Shown here: piece after piece, positions 48,129 to 60,100 of the stretch
How positions within the stretch are numbered: the first letter of the stretch is position 1
Layout of the letters: each line of letters opens with the position of its first letter
Source: Macrostomum hystrix
Taxonomy: Eukaryota; Animalia; Platyhelminthes
Assembly (NCBI GenBank): GCA_950097015.1
Contig: CATNEN010000034.1
Coordinates: forward strand, 6,262,001 to 6,326,000
Direction of reading: 5' to 3'
Length of the DNA: 64,000 bases
Notes under the pieces: model-generated
What the model saw: the letters and a program-made list of their open reading frames with translations, nothing else
The model's database searches: none
What the model was told of the DNA's origin: nothing
Program-made: the position numbers and the translations under genes

Positions 48129-51100
48129 TTACACGTCGCTCTCCTGAACAGTGGCCATGCACGAAGCATTCACAGAGTTCTCGTCAACCGTTGTGTCGCC
48201 TTTGTTTAGACCCGTCTGTTGATAGATCGCATCATTAAGGAACTGCAATTTATATGTGCAGAGCAAGCGTATGATACCCCGAAACTTGGTATTTTAAATC
48301 AAAATTATTTACAATCAGCACGATCTGATTGGCCGGCAAAATGGGGTGGATGGTGAGGGCCGCAGCGAAGGAGTGGGATGTGTCGGAGGCAGCGGTATTG
48401 GAGTGAGGTTGGTGTCGGGGGTATGCGGCGAAGGAGTGAGGTGGGTGCTGTTGTGCCCGTAGCGGAGTGAGGTGGATGTTGGGGTGGCCCGCAGTTAGGG
48501 AATAAGGTGGAAGTCAGGGCCACACCTCTACAACTGTTGCTTAACACACGACTAGTCTGCCGCTGGCTTCAGGCACGACTCACCACTCACCAGACAGTCT
48601 CACCACTGTATGCTTAACAAAGCGCTTATTTGTAAGGGAAATTCTCTAGAACATAAAAAATATTCTTCTGTAGAAATAGTTAGAAGCCGAAGTACCGAAA
48701 GAAATTTTTTATGGAAAACAATTTAGAAGAAAAAATACAAGGCAAAATTTTCAACATATCTGACAAAACAAAGAATTTAAGTACTAACAAAATGTTTTAG
48801 AATAGCCAAAGCAATTTGAGTATTTAAAGTTTTTAAACATGTACAGTTATAGAGAAGAAATCTATTCTAGATAGGTACTTAAAGAGGCTATAAAGAAAAC
48901 AATTAAGACGTAAATGCTTTCCATGTTAATAACTGACCAGACTATACATACCGGATGTATGCTCTTTACTTACTCATTGTTGATCGGCCTTCATATTTAA
49001 GGGTCGTTTTAGCATGGTTATAATAATATCGCTCACAGCATCCTTTTCTAGCTTTTAAATACTCCTACTCTGCAAACCCAGTTCAATAGCTAATCCCTCA
49101 CCGACTCATCCGCGGCGTCGCCATCGCCCGAGATGACCAAATTTCGTCGAGTTATTCTAGTCTCGCGACGAACCTCGGGCACGCCGTTAATCTGTTGAGT
49201 TTTAGTATGAAAAAAATAAATTTAGCAGCAAAGTGCGGAGTGGCGTGGCGCAAGCGGCGGAGGAGTGAGGTGGGTGTCAGAGGCTCGCGGAGGAGTGAGG
49301 TGGATGTCAGGGCTCGGAGAGGAGGAGTGAGGTGGGTGTCTGAAGCCCGCGGCAGACGAGTCGTGTGTTGGGCAACAGTTGTAGAGAAGTGAGGTGGGTG
49401 TCAGAGGCTAGCGGAGGAGGAGTGAGGTGGGTGTCTGAAGCTAGCGGAGGAGGAGGAGCTAAGGAGATAGGTGTTGGACAACAGTTGTTGAGGAGTGGGG
49501 TAGGTAGGTGTTAGCCGCATTCGGTGGAGCAGGAAAATTCACATTCAATTGGAAACATGAACCAAGATCTTTCTCCACTCTCACTCACAGTTCTCTCTAG
49601 AAGAGGGCCACCATCGGCGCCCTGGCCACCGCCGTGACTGTCGAAACAGGGCGGGCCGTGGGTTGCGTGCGACTCCACCACCTTGTTGGTGATGACTTTG
49701 CGCACTTGACGCCGCCGCACCACCTTCTTGGTGATCCGGCTGCCGTGCTCGTCAGTGAAGGTCATCACCTCTTCCTCGGGCTCGCCGATTTCTTCGCTCT
49801 AAATTTGAGCGGAATAAAATAGTAGCTCTGTTAACCTATTGCCTCTAAGTCTCACCTGTCCTTATTAAAGTCACTCTCAGTCTCACCTGTTAACTTCCCT
49901 GTCTCACCTGTTAACTTCCCTGTCTCACCTGTAAACTTCCCTGTCTCACCTTTTAACTTTCCTGTCTCACCTACTACGTTACAGCAAAACACTCGTAAAA
50001 AACGGTGAACGAATCTAATAAGCTTAGTAACAAAGTATTGCGCATAAAAACAAGGTATCAACTGTGCGAGCGAGCCCTACGTGGGTGACGTAAGTCTTCT
50101 CAGTTGGCTGCATGTCCAGGTGATGGTGATGACTGGGGTAGCTGTCCCTGGCGCAGCAGTCCATGGGCACGGTGGGTATGGCCATCGGCTTGGCTAGCGA
50201 ATCGTCATCCAGGCAGTAGTCTTCGGGTCGCTTTGTAATATGAGAAAGAAAAATATGATTCAAGTATTGATATTTCTAGTCTATATTGTCATTCGCCTAC
50301 TAGTGAGCATGCAATACACTACTTAGAGTAGGTGACTTAAAATTGCGAATCGAGTTTGTAATATAATTATATAGTGTGCTCAACATGGCCATATGTGACA
50401 TGTTTGTATTGCAAATTCTGTGCGAACCAATCAATAGCGAACCACACCTACTCACTACACTACCTGACTTTAGTTTATCACCTCGGTACCCCAGTCTCCC
50501 TTAACTCAGTCTCCCTCACCCAGTCTCCCTCACCACAGTCTCCCTCAACCCAGTCTCCCTCAACCCAGTCTCCCTCACCTCAGTCTCCCTCACCTCAGTC
50601 TCCCTCACCACAGTCTCCCTCAACCCAGTCTCCCTCACCCCAATCTCCCTCACCTCAGTCTCCCTCACCTCAGTCTCCCTCACCTCAGTCTCCCTCACCT
50701 CAGTCTCCCCCACCCCAGTCTCCCTCAACCCAGTCTCCCTCACCCCAATCTCCCTCAACCCAATCTCCCTCACCTCAGTCTCCCTCACCACAGTCTCCCT
50801 CAACCCAGTCTCCCTCACCCCAATCTCCCTCACCTCAGTCTCCCTCACCACAGTCTCCCTCAACCCAGTCTCCCTCACCCCAATCTCCCTCACCTCAGTC
50901 TCCCTCACCTCAGTCTCCCTCACCCCAATCTCCCTCACCTCAGTCTCCCTCACCTCAGTCTCCCTCACCCCAGTCTCTCTCACCCCAGTCTCCCTCACCC
51001 CAGTCTCCCTCACCCCAATCTCCCTCACCCCAGTCTCCCTCACCACAGTCTCCCTCAACCCAGTCTCCCTCACCCCAATCTCCCTCACCTCAGTCTCCCT

Positions 51101-54100
51101 CACCCCAGTCTCCCTCACCTCAGTCTCCCTCACCTCAGTCTCCCTCACCCCAGTCTCTCTCACCCCAGTCTCCCTCACCCCAGTCTCCCTCACCCCAATC
51201 TCCCTCACCCCAGTCTCCCTCACCACAGTCTCCCTCAACCCAGTCTCCCTCACCCCAATCTCCCTCACCTCAGTCTCCCTCACCCCAGTCTCTCTCACCC
51301 GTCTCCCTCAACCCAGTCTCCCTCACCTCAGTCTCCCTCACCTCAGTCTCCCTCATCCCAGTCTCTCTCAACTCAGTCTCCCTCACCTCAGTTCGGGTCT
51401 CCCGCACAGAGACGGTCGGTTCGCCGCTCTCCATGAAGCCGCCGCGCAGCCGCCCAGCGAACTGCTGGCGGTGGTCTCGCACCTGATCGCTGCGCTGATC
51501 CACCGAAGGCTGCAATTCGTTAAAAAATTAGTTTTTTATGCTTTGACGTTTTTTCTAAAGTCAAATCGATGAACTCCAAGCGCTTGATAGATGCAGACTA
51601 ACTAATGGAGTATTGTCACGCGAAATATTTATCAGTCAACCAACAGGAACCGAAGGGTACAAGGGAGAAACACAGGCAGAGATGAAAAATAAGGAAATTA
51701 ATAATCTGGGACTAGACAGGCCAAATGAAACCTGATTCCAGCTAAGAGAAAATTTTTACGATCCCTTGTGATGGGGCGTGTCTACACATTGGGTTTGCCA
51801 CCCAACCATCACCGCACGAGCTGGGTCATGGACTATTGTACAGAGATTTTTTATGAGCAATGAGGGAATAGACTTTATCTAACGAATGAGCATAATGTAC
51901 TTAGAGTCCGTTATAACAACTGTTTAAAAGAGTTAAAGAAAATATTCAGATGAGAGAGTCAGATGAGAGTCAGATGAGAGAGTCAGATGAGAGAGTCAGA
52001 TAAGAGAGTCAGATGAGGGAGTCAGATGAGAGAGTCAGATTAGAGAGTCAGATAAGAGTCAGATGAGAGAGTCAGATGAGAGAGTCAGATAAGAGAGTCA
52101 GATGAGAGATGAGAGAGTCAGATGAGAGAGTCATATGAGAGAGTCAGATGAGAGAGTCAGATGAGAGAGTCAGATGAGAGAGTCAGGTGAGAGAGTCAGA
52201 TGAGAGTCAGATGAGAGAGTCAGGTGAGAGAGTCAGATGAGAGTCAGATGAGAGAGTCAGGTGAGAGAGTCAGATGAGAGAGTCAGATGAGAGAGTCAGA
52301 TGAGAGAGTCATATGAGAGAGTCAGATAAGAGAGTCAGATGAGAGAGTCAGATGAGAGAGTCAGATAAGAGAGTCAGATGAGAGAGTCAGATGAGAGAGT
52401 CAGATGAGAGAGTAAGATGAGAGAGTCAGATGAGAGAGTCAGGTGAGAGAGTCAGATGAGAGAGTCAGATGAGAGAGTCAGGTGAGAGAGTCAGATGAGA
52501 GAGTCAGATGAGAGAGTCAGATGAGAGAGTCAGATGAGAGAGTCAAATGAGAGAGTCAGATGAGAGAGTCAGATGAGAGAGTTAGATGAGAGAGTCAGAT
52601 GAGAGAGTCAAATGAGAGAGTCAGATGAGAGAGTCAGATGAGAGAGTCAGATGAGAGAGTCAGACAGAGGATAAATTCAAGCCCGCATATGTATTTGCTA
52701 CCCCACTTAGGCCTCACCCTCTGTTGCTGCTGCTGCTGCTGCTCGTCATTAGACACCTGGGACAATCTGCTCTTCTAAAATGGTTTCCAAGTATATACAT
52801 GGAGAAATAAAAGTGCAGCTCGGAATGTGGCGCAAATGCAAGAACAGGGCATGGAATCAGAACACAGAGAGTCACTCACCCGCTTGCTAAGGCTCTCCTG
52901 CAGCATTCTGGGGTCGGCGTAGGCAAAGCCTTTTGATTTGCGCTGCAATGTGAATTTTAAAAAATTATACTAGCTTGGCCATGCATTTTTGTAGAAAAAA
53001 AGTTGCAAATTCACTGCTTAAATTGCGAATTAACAATTATTAGCCAAGCTTTTGCTAGTTCTGCGCTCATTCATTTTAAATAATATCAAGAAAGTTGGTG
53101 CTAAAACATTTTTTCAGAAGAAAATTAAGCAAGAAAAATTAAAGTAAAAACTATTAGAAAAATCGGAATAAGAAAAAAAATTGTAATAGTGTCTAAGAAA
53201 TGTATATACGAGGCCTGTCCCAAAAGTAGTGTTACTTTTGATTATATCTTTTGTTCTGATGGTTCAAATAACGTGATTTTACACAGTCTTATAGCGGCAA
53301 GTCTCTTCTTTATATTAATTCAAATCTTTTTTCTAACAGACTAGGGAAATAGAAGTTATCAACGAAAAACTAACAGGACCTCAAACATAGACTTACAGTA
53401 AGTCTCGTAGCCCTCGTAAGCCCTCGTAAAAAGCGGGATTTCTAAAAGAGGCTGTTACGAATAAGGAATTTAAAATGAACTGCTCTAGAAAACGGGCGTT
53501 TTTAAGAACCACACTTACGGCAGTCTTAGAAACACACCAATGAAAGGTTTTAAAGAAACACTAAAAAATTAGGATCGAAAAAACTGATAATAAAATGGGT
53601 TTTTAATAAACATACACAACAAGAGGTTTCTAAGAAACACGAATAATAAATTTGTTTCTAAGAGACATAAAATAAAGTGGTTTCGAAAAAACAGAGTAAG
53701 AGGTTTTCCAAGAAACATACACAACAAAAGGTTTCCAAGAAACACGAATAATAAATATGTTTCCAAGAAACGCAGCTACGGTAGATTATTTAAAAAAAGA
53801 ATTTACGAGACAGGCTTCTAAGCACCCCACATAACAGAGATGTTTCTAAGAAACACATGAAGGGTAAATATTCTTCCATTTCTAAGAAACGTACGAGCCA
53901 AACCCAAAAACTGAAACAAAAAGTTACTCACATCGGCAGCCCCTGTTCGGCCGCTACGTCGCACAGCCTCCTCGCTGGCCAAGCCGACCGCTGTCCAGGC
54001 AGGACCTGGCGGATAACGAAATGCCCTCTGGCCGAAGTTCACATCCACAGTCTGGTCGCGAACGCACACGGTAGGATAGTAGGCGTCGCTGACACGAGCG

Positions 54101-57100
54101 GCAGGCGGCAGCGAGTAGGCCTGGCCCAGCGACTGGCCATTCTTGGCGAACGCCACCGTGCCGGTGCCCAAGTCCAGGTAGCAGCCGACTACATCGCCGC
54201 CGTTGAAGGGCTCGCCGTAGACGTCGATCTGATCGTTGTGCATTTTCTTGCCCTGAGACCCGGCCAGCCCGAAGCCGTCTGGATCGGCGCCGTAGGCCCA
54301 GCCGTGCTGGTCACGACCGGCGTCCAGGCTGCCCGACTCGGTGGTCCAGCCAGCTCTGGTCAGGCCCGAAGAATGCGACTCCAGCGGCTCCACCTAGGGT
54401 TTGGGTGAGCACACGCTTGGCCATTTCCATTCACATCTTAAATTTCACCCTTAGTCTCACTGCTGCACCCTTCATCTCACTGCTGCACCTTCATCTCAAT
54501 GCTGCACCCTTCATCTCACTGCTGCACCCTTCATCTCACTGCTGCACCCTTCATCTCACTGCTGCACCCTTCATCTCAATGCTGCACCCTTCATCTCACT
54601 GCTGCACCCTTCATCTCACTGCTGCACCCTTCATCTCAATGCTGCACCCTTCATCTCACTGCTGCACCCTTCATCTCACTGCTACACCCTTCATCTCACT
54701 GCTGCACCCTTCATCTCACTGCTGCACCCTTCATCTCACTGCTGCATCATTCATCTCACTGCTGCATCATTCATCTCACTGCTGCACCCTTCATCTCACT
54801 GCTGCACCCTTCATCTAAGCATCCCACCCTTCATCTTGCAACGGTTATTGTAGACAAACCTCGTAGTAGAATCGGCCTGAACCGGCCACAGGCCGCACAC
54901 CCTTGGCTGCCCGCACTCCCTGCCAGCCGAAGCCAAGCCTGCCCTGCGCCGACGCTCCGTCCGGTCCCAGCGCCATGCCCGGCCCGGTGACGTCATACTG
55001 ATTTAGTCGCCAAGCTTTGGGATTATCTGCGCGCTGATTGACCGGCGCGAGGCCGACCGGGCGCCACGGGCCGCCGGGCAGGTGAAGCAGCGGACTGGCC
55101 GGATTGTCGCCGAAGTTCCAGCGCAGGATGGCGCCGTTTCTGGCGCAGGCCGCCGGGAAGAAGGTCTCGGACCGCATCTCCCTGGCGGATGAGAGGTGGA
55201 GGGGTTGAGTCAAGCTGCCATAGAGTTTGGTGGGTCAAGCTACCATAGATTTTGGTGGGTCAAGCTGCCATAGAGTTTGGTGGGTCAGGCTGCCATAGAG
55301 TTTGGTGGGTCAAGCTGCCATAGAGTTTGGTGGGTCAAGCTGCCATAGAGTTTGGTGGGTCAAGCTGCCATAGAGTTTGGTAGGTCAAGCTGCCATAGAG
55401 TTTAGTGGGTCAAGCTGCCATAGAGTTTGGTGGGTCAGGCTGCCATAGAGTTTGGTGGGCCAGGCTGCCATAGAGTTTGGTGGGTCAAGCTCCCATAGAG
55501 TTTGGTGGGTCAAGCATCAGTTGTGTTAAGCTTTAGTTGGTAAGTCTCGACCAAATATTGTACAGATATTTTGCACAAAACTTTATTGTACTGAAATATC
55601 TTCAAATTAACCCAAAGTATTTATGTGCCAAACAATTCAATCTCACTTAGCTTAAAAAATCAAGCATTCACGGCCCAAGCATCATAATTAATATAAGTCA
55701 GACAGAAATAGTAAAATAACTCATTGACAATAATAATAAATAAATCATAAAAATAAAACTGATTTGCAGCTCTTGATTCAGTTGCTCAGATTTTAGATCT
55801 CGAATCATTAATCAGCTAGAATGCCAGATGATATACCAAAGAGCTATTCAGTAAAAGTACGGCATTTCATCACGGAAATGAGAATATATTAGCAAAAAAC
55901 CGCGTCTGTCGTTTAGAGGCTGGTGAGGGCAGTGTGAATAGGGGCCTATTTGGTAGGTGAATAGCTGGCAGTGAATGCTCTCTCACCTGGCCAAGCTGAA
56001 GGCCTGTCCCTGTTCCACCCCGTTGACGGAGTACAGCACGAGGCCGCTGTCCAGATCCAGAGCGGCTCCGACCACGTCGCCAGGCCGCAGCCGGCAGCCG
56101 TAGTCGTCTACCTGGCCTGCAGTGCATTTGGTGGCCTGGCGGCCGTCAGGGCCGGCGCCGAAGCCGAAGCCGTGCGCGTCGGCGACGCCCAGTCGCAGGC
56201 CGGCCGACGCTGTAGCCCAGCCTATGCGGGAATCGACATCGGCGGCGGCGTCGACTTTGCGACCATGCGGCAGGTCGACGACGACCTCGAAGTACCACTG
56301 GCCGCCGTTGCGGACGCCGGAGTCGGCCCGGCCGCCAAGCCAGTCAGCGCCAGGGCAGGCCAGCGTCAGCGGCGGAGATTGTCGTCTTTCGACATCGTCG
56401 CCGACAGCAACGGAGGCGCCGGAACCGTCAACGTCGGCGTCGAGAGGAGTAAGGAACCAACGCCGCGGCCGGATCGCGTCCAGCTCTGGCCGTCGATCCA
56501 GCTGTTCGCGAGCTTGAAGCGTCGACTGCTGCTGCTGCAGCTGCTGCTGATAGTCCATGGGTGTGCTCTGGGCCTGATGATAATAGGAGGCCGTGATGGC
56601 AGCGCTGCCGGTGCCGTTCAAGCCAGGCGCCGGTAAGTGCGACTCGTAGTTAAAAGCGTCCTCTGCAAATGACGAGCGAACTCAATTAAGCTCATGACCA
56701 CAGACTACTCAAGCTCATGACCACAGTCTACTAAAGCTCATGACCACAGTCTACTCAAGCTCATGACCTCAGTCTACTCAAGCTCATGACCTCAGTCTAC
56801 TCAAGCTCATGACAAGTCTACTCAAACTCATGACCTCAGTCTACTCAAACTCATGACCTCAGTCTACTCAAGCTCATGACCTCAGTCTACTCAAACTCAT
56901 GACCTCAGTCTACTCAAACTCATGACCTCAGTCTACTCAAACTCATGACCTCAGTCTACTCAAGCTCATGACCTCAGTCTACTCAAACTCATGACCTCAG
57001 TCTACTCAAGCTCATGACCTCAGTCTACTCAAGCTCATGACCTCAGTCTACTCAAGCTCATGACCTCAGTCTACTCAAGCTCATGAACTCAGTCTACTCA

Positions 57101-60100
57101 AACTCATGACCACATTCTACTCAAACTCATGACCACATTCTACTCAAACTCATGACCACATTCTACGCATTATCATGACCACAATAAACATAAACATATG
57201 ATCAGCCATGATCTTGGACGCTCAAAAAACCCAACTACCACAATAAACTCACTGTCGTGAGCATTGTGCTCACCTTTCTTGCGGAAACTCTTTCGCATGC
57301 CGGGCGTGATTAGGGCCTCCGGGTACGGGCCGAGAGTCTGATCATTTATCTGGCCCCTGGTTGGCCCAGTATAGTTCCAGTTGCGCTTGAATGTGCCAGG
57401 AATGAGCGGCTTGGCTGGCTTCTCTGGCGACTTCAGCCTGAAATCAATCATAGAAGATGTCTCTGTGTTTAGCTGCTGCTCATTGAAAACTATAAGATAG
57501 AGTCATAGACGATTGAAGGGGAATTGCGTCATGCAAACTGTAGCTAGTCATTTTTATAGAGAATATAATAAAATAAGGGCTTAAAATGACGGATATGAGA
57601 GAATGAAGATCTGGGATAATGAGGATCTGGGAAAAGAGGATCTGGGAGAATGAGGAACTGGGAGGATTAGGATATGGAAGAATGAGGATCTGCAATAATA
57701 AGGATCTGGGAGAATTGGGATCTGGGAGAATGAGGAACTGGGGAGGATAAGGATCTGGGAGAATGAGGATCTGGAAGAATGAGGATCTGGGAGAATGAGG
57801 ATCTGGGAGAATCATCCCATTTGAGAAGAATGAGTCTATGTAATTAGGAAGATATGAAGATGGAAGGGAAAAATCATTAGCCGAAGCTCACCTGAAGAAG
57901 CCGTGATGCTCAACCACTGCCCGCCAGAGCCGCTTGGCCAGCCGGCCCGAGGCGCATTTGAATTCCACAACTCGCTCGCCGCGCCAATCAGAATCGGCCG
58001 GCCGGAGGGCGATGCGTAGAGAGCAGCGCTTGTAGGACACTCGCATGATCTTTGGCCAGGAGAAGCGGTTGATGCGCAGGCTGTTGCGGTAGACCAGCAC
58101 TCCGCTGTGATAGACACCAACGTAGACTTCCTCGCCGCGGCAGTCGCGAGCTTCGTGCATGTCAACGCCGTACATGGCCAACTTTTTAGCGTTCTGCAGG
58201 AAGCGCAGATCGGCCTCCTCGGGGGTCATGCCGCTGTGCGTGCGGTGCAGCTCGCTCACCCGCTCCTGCAGCTCGCGATGGGCGCGGAACTCCTCGGGGC
58301 AGAAGGGGCAGTCCTGCAGTTCAGATGCAGAGCCAATTGGAGTCTAAGCAAGTCTATGCAAACGGCACTATTTAGATGACGAGGCTAAACCAAAGTCATA
58401 GTTACTCCTGCCATTTGCCTGAACGTGTTGACTTGAGATGGGAATGTGATATGGAATGGGATGTGAGATGGAATGGGGATGTGATATGGAATGGGGATGT
58501 GATATGGAATGGGGATGTTTAGAATACTTAGAATTTAGGACTACACAATCACACAGAGGGGATAAAACTATGATCTGGGGGAGCTGATTGAGCAGGTCAC
58601 TCAGTTTCAAGATCACTCCGTTTCTAGATCTATTTGTTTCTAGATCACTCCGTTTCTAGATCTATTTGTTTCTAGATCACTCTGTTTCTATTATAGATCA
58701 CTCCGTTTCTACATCACTCCGTCTTAAGTTACTAAATTTCTAGACCAGTCAATTTGTAGATCACTCCGTTTCTAGATCACTCCGTTTCTAGATCACTCCG
58801 TTTCTAGGTCACTCCGTTTCTTGATTAATCCGTTTCTAGATCACTACGTTACTAGATTACTCCGTTTCTTGATCACTCCGTTTCTTAATCACTCCGTTTC
58901 TTAATCACTCCGTTTCTAGATCACTCCGTTTCTAGATCACTCCGTTTCTAGATCACTCCGTTTCTAGATCACTCCGTTTCTAGATCACTCCGTTTCTAGA
59001 TCACTCCGTTTCTAGGTCACTCCGTTTCTAGATTAATCCGTTTCTAGATCACTCCGTTTCTAGATCAATTTGTTTCTAGATCACTCCGTTTCTAGATCAC
59101 TCCGTTTCTAGATCACTCCGTTTCTAGATTAATCCGTTTCTAGATCACTCCGTTTCTAGATCACTCCGTTTCTAGATCACTCCGTTTCTAGATCAATCCG
59201 TTTCTAGATCACTCCGTTTCTAGATCACTCCGTTTCTAGATCACTCCGTTTCTAGATCACTCCGTTTCTAGATTAATCCGTTTCTAGATCACTCCGTTTC
59301 TAGATCAATTTGTTTCTAGATCACTCCGTTTCTAGATCAATCCGTTTCTAGATCACTCCGTTTCTAGATCACTCCGTTTCTAGGTCACTCCGTTTCTAGA
59401 TCACTCCGTTTCTAGATCACTCCGTTTCTACATCACTCCGTCTTAAGTTACTAAATTTCTAGACCAGTCAATTTGTAGATCACTCCGTTTCTAGATCACT
59501 CCGTTTCTAGGTCACTCCGTTTCTAGGTCACTCCGTTTCTAGGTCACTCCGTTTCTAGGTCACTCCGTTTCTAGGTCACTCCGTTTCTAGGTCACTCCGT
59601 TTCTAGATTAATCCGTTTCTAGATCACTCCGTTTCTAGATCTGGGGGAGCTGGTTGAGCAAGAAGCTCTAATGTGAAGCATCCGGCGATTTCGTTGGAGC
59701 GGAGGAGGAGGGGTGGGCGCGACAGGCGGGCTGATTTGCATTCGTGTTGGCCCGGGGAGGGAAGAGGATATTATTATAAAAAAATCCCAATCCCATTTCG
59801 TCTCTTGAATTTGAAGAGACGACAGGAAAATTCCAATGAAACTTCGCGAGCAGAATTCATAAGTACAATTTTCAGCTAGATAAACTTGTATTCAGACTCC
59901 ACGCCAATTGAAAGTACTTTCTATGCAATCATAAAAATAGTATACGCATTCGGATGAACAGAATCTAGACAGAAAGAACCCGACAGCTCTGCTGATTGGG
60001 GTTGCAGAGAGCTGATGAAGCTAACTATTTTGTCAGACCCCTGCTCCACACGCCTGAGAGGAATCTTCATTTGGGAACAAAGCTAGCAAATGTACTCAAA

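Noticed and set aside
53857-56636. Plus-strand ORFs 53857-54408, 55971-56636 and 56122-56517
   Set aside because: Antisense shadows of GC-rich SPRY exons. Similar shadows lie over the kinase, DHX9, transposase and pannexin-like exons.
53932-56662. SPRY exons as a separate nested DDX1 gene or pseudogene
   Set aside because: No DEAD-box/RecA motifs nearby, no own start, and splice phases tie them to the flanking 4.1 exons. Kept only as the refuting alternative.
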